Below are positions 35,419 through 43,612 of a DNA stretch of 64,000 bases, piece after piece. The position numbers were made by a program, and so were the translations under genes. The stretch is from a bacterium (GTDB lineage Bacteria; CLD3; SB21), in contig JAIBAF010000011.1 in NCBI GenBank assembly GCA_019695335.1, forward strand, positions 13,277-77,276. Direction: 5' to 3'. The first letter of the stretch is position 1. Each line of letters starts with the position of its first letter. The notes under the pieces are model-generated. The model was not told where the DNA came from. It searched no databases and saw nothing but the letters and a program-made list of their open reading frames with translations.

Positions 35419-36705
35419 TTACGTTTTCTGAGGTTTTTTCTTGGCTGCCGGGAAAAGAATATTATTTAAGATGAGCCTGTAGCCCGGAGAGTTTTTATGT
35501 AACGATAGATCCGTAGGCGGATCGCCGACCTGATGCGCATAATCTTCAGGATCGTGGCCGCCGTAAAAAGTAAACGTTCCTTTACCGACATTGGCATGAA
35601 TATATTTTGCAGCCCCGATTGACGCATCTTCTCCCATGACAATCACGTTATCTTTGAGAAGCGTTTTACGGTAACCTGTCGTTTGTCCCATAAAACCCTT
35701 TACCACCGATACGTGATTTTGCGTTAGCATCGTCGGAACGGGATCGTATTTAGCTGAAAAATCGAACAATGTAAAGTAATCCTCTTCCGCGCTTTTCAGA
35801 ACAGCGCCCTGACTCGACGGATGATCGATATCGGAAAATTCGTAATTGTAGGGATTCATATCGGCTTTAAAAGCCGTAAATGCAAAACACTGCGAATAAT
35901 CAAGTTTACTGTTAGCCATCGGATCGGCCGGATCGCCGTCATACATGACATCGCAAATGTCGGTGTTTTGCGCAGCCAAGGCGATATCAAAACTGTCCGT
36001 CGCTCCGCACATGGCAAACAGGAAACCTCCTTTGAGTACATAATCGCGCATCATTTTGACGACGGCTAATTTTTCTTTAGAAACTTTGGCGTAACCCATT
36101 TGGCGTGCAAACGCTTCGTAGTCTTTTTGCTGTTGGATATACCAGGAAGTACGGCCATAATTGGCATAAAATTTCCCGTATTGCCCGGTAAAATCTTCGT
36201 GATGCAAATGCAGCCAATCGTAATCGGACAATTTTCCTTGTAACACTTCAAGGTCAAATATTTTATCGTATTTGATTTCAGCATACTCCAACGCCATTGT
36301 CACGGCATCGTCCCACGGTTTTTTATCAGGGGGAGTGTAGACGGCCACACGCGGCGCTTTCTCCAGGAGAATAGTTTCCATATTATTGTCTTCGATCGTC
36401 TGATAAATTTCGACTACATCCGACGAACTCAGCATTTCGCATGTCACACCTCTGACCAAACATTCATTACGGATTGATTCGGAAGCGTTCATCATAAATG
36501 CTCCGCCTCGATAATTCAATAGCCATTCCACATTCATCTCCGATTCCAGCGCGTGAAAGGCAATGCCGTAAGCTTTTAAATGGTCGGCTTGTTTTAGATC
36601 CATCGGAATGAGAAGTTTCTGGCTAAAGCCCGTATGGAGGCTGGAGCAGAAGAAAAATGCATACGCGGCACAACGAATGATTCTTTTGAGTGACCCTTCG
36701 ATCAC
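35419..36705 (-). CDS. Secreted hypothetical protein (428 aa) with a possible GATase1/ThuA-like nucleophile elbow
   Basis: Signal peptide. Motif GGFLFAMCGATDSFD resembles a class-I amidotransferase-like Cys elbow. No confident family. Confidence 0.45.
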   Translation of the reverse strand: MIEGSLKRIIRCAAYAFFFCSSLHTGFSQKLLIPMDLKQADHLKAYGIAFHALESEMNVEWLLNYRGGAFMMNASESIRNECLVRGVTCEMLSSSDVVEIYQTIEDNNMETILLEKAPRVAVYTPPDKKPWDDAVTMALEYAEIKYDKIFDLEVLQGKLSDYDWLHLHHEDFTGQYGKFYANYGRTSWYIQQQKDYEAFARQMGYAKVSKEKLAVVKMMRDYVLKGGFLFAMCGATDSFDIALAAQNTDICDVMYDGDPADPMANSKLDYSQCFAFTAFKADMNPYNYEFSDIDHPSSQGAVLKSAEEDYFTLFDFSAKYDPVPTMLTQNHVSVVKGFMGQTTGYRKTLLKDNVIVMGEDASIGAAKYIHANVGKGTFTFYGGHDPEDYAHQVGDPPTDLSLHKNSPGYRLILNNILFPAAKKKPQKT

Positions 36706-36708
36706 AGT

Positions 36709-37224
36709 TCAACCTTTCTTATCAAAGATAGAGAAAACTTCTTCAGTTGTTTTGGCCGCAAAGATAATTTCGCGATTTCGTTCATTACGCATAAATTTAG
36801 CCACAGCCGCTAATGCTTTTACGTGAGGTCCGGAAACGCTTTTTGGAGAAACTAGCATGAAAAATAACTTGGCCGGGGCTCCGTCTGCCGCATCAAAAGA
36901 AATTCCAGTCCGATGGATCCCGAATGCCCCCACAAGTCGTTCTACTCCGATAGTTTTGCCGTGCGGTACGGCTATACCGTTACCAAGCCCCGTACTTAAT
37001 TTTCTTTCGCGCTCGATTACAGCTTCGCGCACCTGTGACCGGTCAAGCAATAAACCGGCAGCATCCATCACTCCGATCAATTCATCAATGACCGCTTGCT
37101 TACTTTGGCCCACTAAATCAACGATAATCGTTTCGGGACGAAGAAAATTCGATAGTTTTGTTTTTTCCAATGGATAATTTCCAGATAAACTTTCAGGGAG
37201 TATTATATTTTCAGATTCGAACAT
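36709..37224 (-). CDS. ptsN: PTS EIIA type-2 (nitrogen regulatory EIIA-Ntr)
   Basis: EIIA-2 fold with the phosphorylatable His context (NGIAVPHGKT). Confidence 0.75.
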   Translation of the reverse strand: MFESENIILPESLSGNYPLEKTKLSNFLRPETIIVDLVGQSKQAVIDELIGVMDAAGLLLDRSQVREAVIERERKLSTGLGNGIAVPHGKTIGVERLVGAFGIHRTGISFDAADGAPAKLFFMLVSPKSVSGPHVKALAAVAKFMRNERNREIIFAAKTTEEVFSIFDKKG

Positions 37225-37309
37225 GACATTTTCCTGTTGAAGGTATATAAACCGGTCTTCAAATTCAATTGTTTACTAGCCGGTCATATACGTGCGGACG
37301 CCCTTAAAG

Positions 37310-37960
37310 TTACTCACTCACCGGAGGATTATAATAAGCGATACCGCTGTCATGTTTTAAAACTTTTTGCAGAAGATCCTGGGTCAATCGATGATCGGAA
37401 GAATGAAATTGATTGCCGTTGACGATCAGCACCGGCGACCATGCAAAATGCAGAAAAAACTGATTAAATTCATCGTTGAGACTTTGAATATAACCGGCAT
37501 CGATGGCATGTTTTCCGCGCAAACCATAATTCGTTGCCAGCTTATCCATAACGGTTTCGGGATTGCTCTGTAAATAAATAACCATGTCAGGAATGGGCAA
37601 TTCTTTTTCCATAGAATCGAGCAACGCCTCATAAACTTGCAAGTCGCCTGAATCTAATTTCAGATTTGCATAAATGCGGTCGGTATAAAATAAATAATCC
37701 GTAACGACGCGTTCATAGAAAATTTCTGTTTGTCTCAACTGACGCTGCTGTTTATATCGATCAATAAGGCGTAGAATATGTTTTTTAAAAAGAAAATCTT
37801 TTGGATCCGAGCTTTGAAAATCGATCATCGGCGTGACGGCATTTTCCTCAAGCATCGGTTCGGCATGCATGACCGAAGATAAAGCTTTGGCCAAGGCCGT
37901 ATTATCGCGTTTGACAATACCATCAACGGCAATAAATTTTATGTCGTCTCGTTGCGTCAC
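37310..37960 (-). CDS. Deoxynucleoside kinase family protein with a degenerate Walker A motif
   Basis: dNK-family core (ERVVTDYLFYTDRIY, PDMVIYLQSNPETVMDKL). The P-loop reads FIAVDGIVKRDNTA and lacks G-K-[ST]. Confidence 0.55.
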   Translation of the reverse strand: MTQRDDIKFIAVDGIVKRDNTALAKALSSVMHAEPMLEENAVTPMIDFQSSDPKDFLFKKHILRLIDRYKQQRQLRQTEIFYERVVTDYLFYTDRIYANLKLDSGDLQVYEALLDSMEKELPIPDMVIYLQSNPETVMDKLATNYGLRGKHAIDAGYIQSLNDEFNQFFLHFAWSPVLIVNGNQFHSSDHRLTQDLLQKVLKHDSGIAYYNPPVSE

Positions 37961-37978
37961 GTTTGTAAAATGCTTCCC

Positions 37979-38467
37979 TTAAAATATTTTTTTTACAGCA
38001 TGCTTATCCGGTGACCGGCGTAACAATTCACTAACAGTTGTTTTTAAAACGGGACATTGAAAATCCGGCGCTATATCCGCTAACGGCACCAACACAAAAT
38101 TACGTTCAGCAAATCGCGGATGCGGGATAATCAGAGTGTCCGAGTTGACGATCAGATCGTCAAAAAAAATAATATCGATATCAATTGTACGCGGTCCCCA
38201 GACGGCTCGGCGTTCACGGCCAAGCTGTTTTTCAACCGATAAAAGCCTTTGGTGCAACGCTTCAGGTTTTTCTTCCGCTTCGATCAACGCAGCGCAATTG
38301 AGAAAATCATCCTGAGATTCGTCGCCCACAGGCGCTGTCTCATAGAAGGGTGAAACAATTGTGACGCCGCCAATCATCGTAAGCGCGCGATTCAAAAAAT
38401 CTTTCCGGTCACCAATATTTGAGCCTAAACTAAGGTATACAGAATGTACGGATGAAGCTTTCATCAC
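37979..38467 (-). CDS. folK: 2-amino-4-hydroxy-6-hydroxymethyldihydropteridine pyrophosphokinase
   Basis: HPPK motifs (VYLSLGSNIGDR, GPRTIDIDIIFFDD). Confidence 0.9.
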   Translation of the reverse strand: MMKASSVHSVYLSLGSNIGDRKDFLNRALTMIGGVTIVSPFYETAPVGDESQDDFLNCAALIEAEEKPEALHQRLLSVEKQLGRERRAVWGPRTIDIDIIFFDDLIVNSDTLIIPHPRFAERNFVLVPLADIAPDFQCPVLKTTVSELLRRSPDKHAVKKIF

Positions 38468-38829
38468 CGGCGCCGGGTGATTTCGACTTCGACGTGATCG
38501 AGCGAACCTTTAATCGGCACGCTTGGCTTGCGCACGCGCACGGTGACTTCTTCGACCGTAAAGGAAGTTAAAATTTTCTTGGCAATTTTTTCGGCAACAG
38601 CCTCGATCAGGTAATATTTTTTTTCCGTTACCACTTCGATGATTTTATTATAAACTTTTTCATAATCGATTGACAATTCAAGTTTATCCTCTTCAGCGGC
38701 GTGTGAGAAATCCAATCCCATTTCGACGTCGATTTCAAACCGTTGCCCCAGCCGGCGTTCCTCTTCGATCGCGCCATGGTGTGCATATACAATCATATGT
38801 GTGAGTTTGATTTTATCGAATGGTTTCAA
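38464..38829 (-). CDS. folB: Dihydroneopterin aldolase
   Basis: 121 aa with DHNA-fold motifs. Overlaps the folK start by 4 nt. Confidence 0.85.
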   Translation of the reverse strand: MKPFDKIKLTHMIVYAHHGAIEEERRLGQRFEIDVEMGLDFSHAAEEDKLELSIDYEKVYNKIIEVVTEKKYYLIEAVAEKIAKKILTSFTVEEVTVRVRKPSVPIKGSLDHVEVEITRRR

Positions 38830-38869
38830 AAAAATCTCCTCATAACAGCTATCACTTTTAAAGGGTCAT

Positions 38870-40039
38870 TCATATTTCAGTTTTACAAAATTCGCTGATT
38901 CGCTGTACGGCTTCAGCAAGCCGGGCTTCGTTTGTCGTCAAGGCAATTCGGAAATAGCTCGCACAAGCTGTTCCCAGTCCTGCGCCCGGCGTCACAACGA
39001 CGCCTTTTTCGTTGACCAGCTTGATCGCAAAATCCATCGAATTCATTCCATCCGGCAACTCCGCCCAGACATAAATTGTTCCCGACGGAATTTCAGCACG
39101 GATCGGGGTTTTATTTAATCCGTCGATCACAACATCCCGCCGTTTTTTATACAAATGGATCATCGGAGCGGATAATTCTTCTACGTGATCGAGTGCAAAT
39201 GCCGCGGCTTCCTGGATTCCCAAAAATAATCCCGTATCGATATTGGTTTTGATTCGATTAAGTCCTGCAATGAGCGAGGCTTCGCCGGCGGCAAATCCGG
39301 CGCGCCAGCCCGTCATGTTAAATGTTTTGGAAAGGGAATGAAATTCAATTCCTATTTCCGATGATCCTTCGACCTGAAGAAAACTCGGTGGCGCCTTTTC
39401 AAAAAACAATTCCTGATACGCCGCATCATGCGCACCGATAATGTTATTGGCTTTGCAGAATCGGCCGATTTTATTGAAGTAGTCGATATCCGCCGGAGCT
39501 GTCGTTGGATTATTGGGATAATTAAAAAAAAGTAACCGCGCTTTCTTACGAACATGATCCGGAATGGTGTCAATATCCATTAAAAATTTATTCTTCTTCA
39601 ACAACGGCAGGCGGTACAATTCCGCATCAGCAAGCGCGGTTCCGGTAACATACGCCGGATAACCGGGATCAGGTGATAAAACGACGTCGCCAGGATTAAC
39701 AAAAGCAATCGGAAAATGAGCCAGTCCTTCTTTCGTACCGATGAGCGGAATGATATTTTTGACAGGATCAAGTTGAACATTATACCGGCGCTTTAAAAAA
39801 CTTACTATAGCCTCACGGTAGCGCATGGAACCGGCTTGATACGGATACCGGTGATTGGCAGGATTCTTCAGCGCTTCCGCCAGGGCGTTAATGATAGGTT
39901 GCGGCGTGGGAATATCGGGATCGCCGACGCCCAGATCTATCACGTCCTGACCACGGGCAATCGCTTCGCGCTTCAACCGGTCGACTTCGGCAAATAAATG
40001 CGGCGGAATTTTTTCAAAACGTCTGGCTAATTGAAACAT
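38870..40039 (-). CDS. Pyridoxal-phosphate-dependent aminotransferase, class I/II (AspC/DapL-like)
   Basis: PLP-lysine region SLSKTFNMTGWRAGFAAG. 389 aa. Confidence 0.8.
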   Translation of the reverse strand: MFQLARRFEKIPPHLFAEVDRLKREAIARGQDVIDLGVGDPDIPTPQPIINALAEALKNPANHRYPYQAGSMRYREAIVSFLKRRYNVQLDPVKNIIPLIGTKEGLAHFPIAFVNPGDVVLSPDPGYPAYVTGTALADAELYRLPLLKKNKFLMDIDTIPDHVRKKARLLFFNYPNNPTTAPADIDYFNKIGRFCKANNIIGAHDAAYQELFFEKAPPSFLQVEGSSEIGIEFHSLSKTFNMTGWRAGFAAGEASLIAGLNRIKTNIDTGLFLGIQEAAAFALDHVEELSAPMIHLYKKRRDVVIDGLNKTPIRAEIPSGTIYVWAELPDGMNSMDFAIKLVNEKGVVVTPGAGLGTACASYFRIALTTNEARLAEAVQRISEFCKTEI

Positions 40040-40164
40040 CGAATCTACTCCAAAAAAAGACCGCGTAATATATTAATATACTCTGTGCAATTCAAGGCGA
40101 GATATGAAAAGTTCTTAATGAAATTATAAGCCTCCATGGGCAACAGGGTGTCTTAAAATACTTC

Positions 40165-40193
40165 TTGACCAATAGATAATAATTTTTTAATAT
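40165..40193 (+). promoter_or_regulatory. Candidate sigma-70-like promoter (TTGACC, 17-nt spacer, TAATAT) upstream of the TonB-dependent receptor gene
   Basis: Read directly from the sequence, ~100 nt upstream of the ATG at 40294. Confidence 0.3.
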
Positions 40194-40293
40194 GGCCGCA
40201 ACATTCCTGCATTATATTAATAACCTAGACACTTTCCCGTTTTTATAAATTAAATCCCTCTTTAAAACTAACCTAAAACCATGGAGAACCAAC

Positions 40294-43200
40294 ATGATGA
40301 GTAGCTTCTACCTGTCAGGTTTGTTCCGCAAGTGGGCGGCTAAGTTGAGCATCATAACCATGCTGGTTATCGCGGCGGCTTCTGTTCATGCCCAAGGCGT
40401 CACGACGGCGTCTTTTAGCGGAATGATCAAAGATAATAACGGACAGCCGGTGTATGGCGCCAATGTTATCGCAAAACACGAACCTTCTGGGACGGTATTC
40501 GGAGCGGCCTCCCGCGCCGACGGACGGTATAATATCCCCGCTGTCCGCGTCGGCGGCCCTTATACGATCCGTGTTGAATTTATCGGCTATAAAGCTGAAC
40601 CGGTTGAAAACATTACGGTAGCACTCGGCCAAGACCGCCGTATCGATTTTACAATGGTCGAAGAAGCCGTAGCATTAGAAGAAGTAGCAATCGTTGCGGA
40701 ACGCAGTTCTATCATCAATGAGAGCCGCACCGGCGCTTCTAAGACGGTGTCCAATACTGAAATTATGAGTCTACCGACGATCAGTCGCAGTTTTGATGAT
40801 TTTACACGTTTAACCCCTCAATTCCAAGGCAACCAAGCTGCCGGTCGTAACAACCGTTACAATACTATCTTGATTGACGGTGCCGTCAACAACGACGTGT
40901 TCGGCTTAGCGGCAAGCGGAACTCCAGGCGGTCAGGCTGGTACTGTCCCAATCAGCTTGGACGCTATTCAGGAATTCCAGATCGAAATTGCACCTTATGA
41001 TATCCGTAAATCAGGCTTTACTGGAGGAAGTATTAATGCCATTACCCGCGGCGGAACCAATACTTTTCACGGTACATTCTACGCGACTACTCGCAATGAA
41101 GGATTAGTCGGAAAAGCAGAAGGCCAAAGCAAAATTGCCGATTTCAGTGAGAAATGGTATGGTTTCAGTGTCGGCGGACCGATCCAACGAGACAAAATAT
41201 TCTTTTTTGTCAATGCCGAATTTACAGACAGAAATGCACCGTCGGCTTTCGGTATAACTGGCTCCGGCAATTCGAATGATTTCGGCTCGTTAACCGGTAT
41301 CACGGTTGCTGATGCTGAAAATTTCCGTAATGTATTAATGAATCAGTATGGTTATGATCCGGGTTCGTTTGGAGTTAAGACTTTGAATCGCACAAGCACC
41401 AGACTTTTTGGCCGTATTGATTACAATATCTCAAAAAATCATCGTCTAACCCTGCGTCACAATTATGTGGATGCTGGTGACGATAACCTTGGACGCTCAA
41501 CAGGAACAGGCTCCAGCAACGGCTTCCAATTCAGTAAAGCCGGATACGAATTTGCTGATGTGACGAATTCATCTGTGTTGCAACTGAATAGTACTTTAAG
41601 CAACACCATGTACAATGAATTCAGATTCACTTATCAAACCATTCGTGATAAACGGAAAACTTCTGATCCATTTCCTTTTGTACGCGTACAATACGGATCG
41701 AATTTGTTAGTTGCCGGAACGGAGAATTTCTCACAAGCCAATTCTCTGGATTATGATATAATCGAATTGACGGATGACTTTTCCTACTATATGGGAGATC
41801 ATACGTTTACCGTCGGGACGCACAATGAAATCTATAAATTCGATAACGTTTTTATCCGTGATTTCTATGGTAACTACACGTTTGCCAATATCGACTCACT
41901 CGTACGCGGAACTCCTTCTTCGTACGCTTTGAGTTATTCGCTGGATCCGGCCGATCCGAAGCCTTCCGCCAAGTTCGGTTACCAACAATTGGGCTTCTAC
42001 GTACAGGATGTATACAAAGTCATGGAACACATGAATGTTACAGCCGGTGTACGTTTTGACGTTCCGATTTTCCCGGACAAGCCAGCGGCTAATGATACTG
42101 TTGCTAATACTTCATTTCTTGACGGAATCACAGAAAGAACCGAAAAAGTTCCTACTGGCAATATCCTCATTTCTCCTCGTTTAGGTGCAAATTGGGATGT
42201 TCACGGTGATGGCAAAACACAGATTCGAGGCGGTATCGGAATTTTCTCAGGCCGTACACCTTTTGTGTGGATTTCCAACCAATATGGAAATACCGGAGTT
42301 GAATTTGGACGCACCACCACAAACCCAGGTGTTGGCAGCTTTACTACGGATATCGATAATCAGCCAGGCAAAGTTTTTACAGCTCCTCCTAGCGAAATCG
42401 ATCTTACTGCAAAAGACTTTAAATTGCCTCAAGTCTGGAGATTGAGCTTAGGTGTTGATCATGAATTGCCTTACGGCATTATCGGAACTATTGATTTTAT
42501 CGCATCGAAGAATATCAATCAAATTCGTTATCAAGATATCAACCTCAGACCTGCAGCCAACACTCGTCAACTTAGCTTGAGCGGTGATCCTAACGGCCTC
42601 CGGCCCGTATACTCTACTGCAACTGCAGGCAAATACAAATCGCAGTATACCAATGTGATTTACTTATCAAATACGGATAACGGCTACGAATATAATTTAA
42701 CTTTTGCTTTGCAAAAGAATTTTGCGCCAGGTCTTTTTGGTAAATTCGATAAAGGTTATTATGCCAATGTCGCTTATACATACGGACGTTCCGTCGATGA
42801 AAATAGCGGTACTTCAAGCCAGGCCATTTCGAACTGGAGATTTAATCCGATCCAAGGAGATCCAAATCACGTAGGTTCGGCTACCTCCAATTATGAAACA
42901 CGCCACCGGATCGTCGGATCGTATTCACATTCATTCGAATTTGTTTCAAAATATACTACGACCTTCTCATTTGTATATGTTGGCCGTTCCGGAAGACCTT
43001 ATTCCGAAACATACAGCGGTGACGTCAACGGCGACGGACAAACATCCAATGACTTAGTATATGTTCCAAAAGATCAAAGTGATATTAACATTGTACCCGT
43101 CAACAACGATCCGCGTACAGCAACAGAAGTCTGGAACGATCTGAATGACTATATCAACGGCGACGATGCCATGAAAGATGCTCGCGGCAAAATCATCAAA

Positions 43201-43527
43201 AGAAATGCTAGCACCGAACCGTGGGTAAACCGCGTTGATTTCCATTTTGCTCAAGTTGTTCCTCTCGACATTGCAAAAGGAAAATTTGAATTCACCATGG
43301 ATCTGTTGAACCTATTCAACTTCATCGACAAGAGCATGGGTGTTGAAAAATTTGTCAATAACCAAGACAATACTAACATCATTTACCGCGGTGTAATAAG
43401 TGGTCAACCTGCGTTTACCTTCGGTAATGTAAGTGGAGCCGGTGTAGTTACGCTTCCGAAACGTTTCCAAACCAACGACTTGAATTCACGCTGGCAGATT
43501 CAATTCGGCATGCGTTACACATTCTAA
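40294..43527 (+). CDS. TonB-dependent outer-membrane receptor with an N-terminal CarboxypepD_reg-like domain
   Basis: Signal peptide. CarboxypepD_reg-like segment (GMIKDNNGQPVYGANVIAKHEPSG...), a plug, and a barrel ending in ...GMRYTF. Confidence 0.8.
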   Translation: MMSSFYLSGLFRKWAAKLSIITMLVIAAASVHAQGVTTASFSGMIKDNNGQPVYGANVIAKHEPSGTVFGAASRADGRYNIPAVRVGGPYTIRVEFIGYKAEPVENITVALGQDRRIDFTMVEEAVALEEVAIVAERSSIINESRTGASKTVSNTEIMSLPTISRSFDDFTRLTPQFQGNQAAGRNNRYNTILIDGAVNNDVFGLAASGTPGGQAGTVPISLDAIQEFQIEIAPYDIRKSGFTGGSINAITRGGTNTFHGTFYATTRNEGLVGKAEGQSKIADFSEKWYGFSVGGPIQRDKIFFFVNAEFTDRNAPSAFGITGSGNSNDFGSLTGITVADAENFRNVLMNQYGYDPGSFGVKTLNRTSTRLFGRIDYNISKNHRLTLRHNYVDAGDDNLGRSTGTGSSNGFQFSKAGYEFADVTNSSVLQLNSTLSNTMYNEFRFTYQTIRDKRKTSDPFPFVRVQYGSNLLVAGTENFSQANSLDYDIIELTDDFSYYMGDHTFTVGTHNEIYKFDNVFIRDFYGNYTFANIDSLVRGTPSSYALSYSLDPADPKPSAKFGYQQLGFYVQDVYKVMEHMNVTAGVRFDVPIFPDKPAANDTVANTSFLDGITERTEKVPTGNILISPRLGANWDVHGDGKTQIRGGIGIFSGRTPFVWISNQYGNTGVEFGRTTTNPGVGSFTTDIDNQPGKVFTAPPSEIDLTAKDFKLPQVWRLSLGVDHELPYGIIGTIDFIASKNINQIRYQDINLRPAANTRQLSLSGDPNGLRPVYSTATAGKYKSQYTNVIYLSNTDNGYEYNLTFALQKNFAPGLFGKFDKGYYANVAYTYGRSVDENSGTSSQAISNWRFNPIQGDPNHVGSATSNYETRHRIVGSYSHSFEFVSKYTTTFSFVYVGRSGRPYSETYSGDVNGDGQTSNDLVYVPKDQSDINIVPVNNDPRTATEVWNDLNDYINGDDAMKDARGKIIKRNASTEPWVNRVDFHFAQVVPLDIAKGKFEFTMDLLNLFNFIDKSMGVEKFVNNQDNTNIIYRGVISGQPAFTFGNVSGAGVVTLPKRFQTNDLNSRWQIQFGMRYTF

Positions 43528-43561
43528 GAATTCTAATTCTTACTGAAATTCAAAAACCCCG

Positions 43562-43600
43562 ATGTTGAATCAACATCGGGGTTTTTTTTATTACTGTTTG
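43562..43600. terminator. Bidirectional rho-independent terminator
   Basis: A-run, then CCCCGATGTTG aat CAACATCGGGG, then T8-run. Confidence 0.65.
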
Positions 43601-43612
43601 CAAAAAGCGGAT

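Noticed and set aside
36857-37177. 106-aa plus-strand ORF antisense to ptsN, and similar antisense ORFs in guaA, the sensor kinase, the helicase and the M20 peptidase
   Set aside because: They overlap well-supported genes on the opposite strand, have biased Ser/Arg/Pro composition and have no independent evidence.
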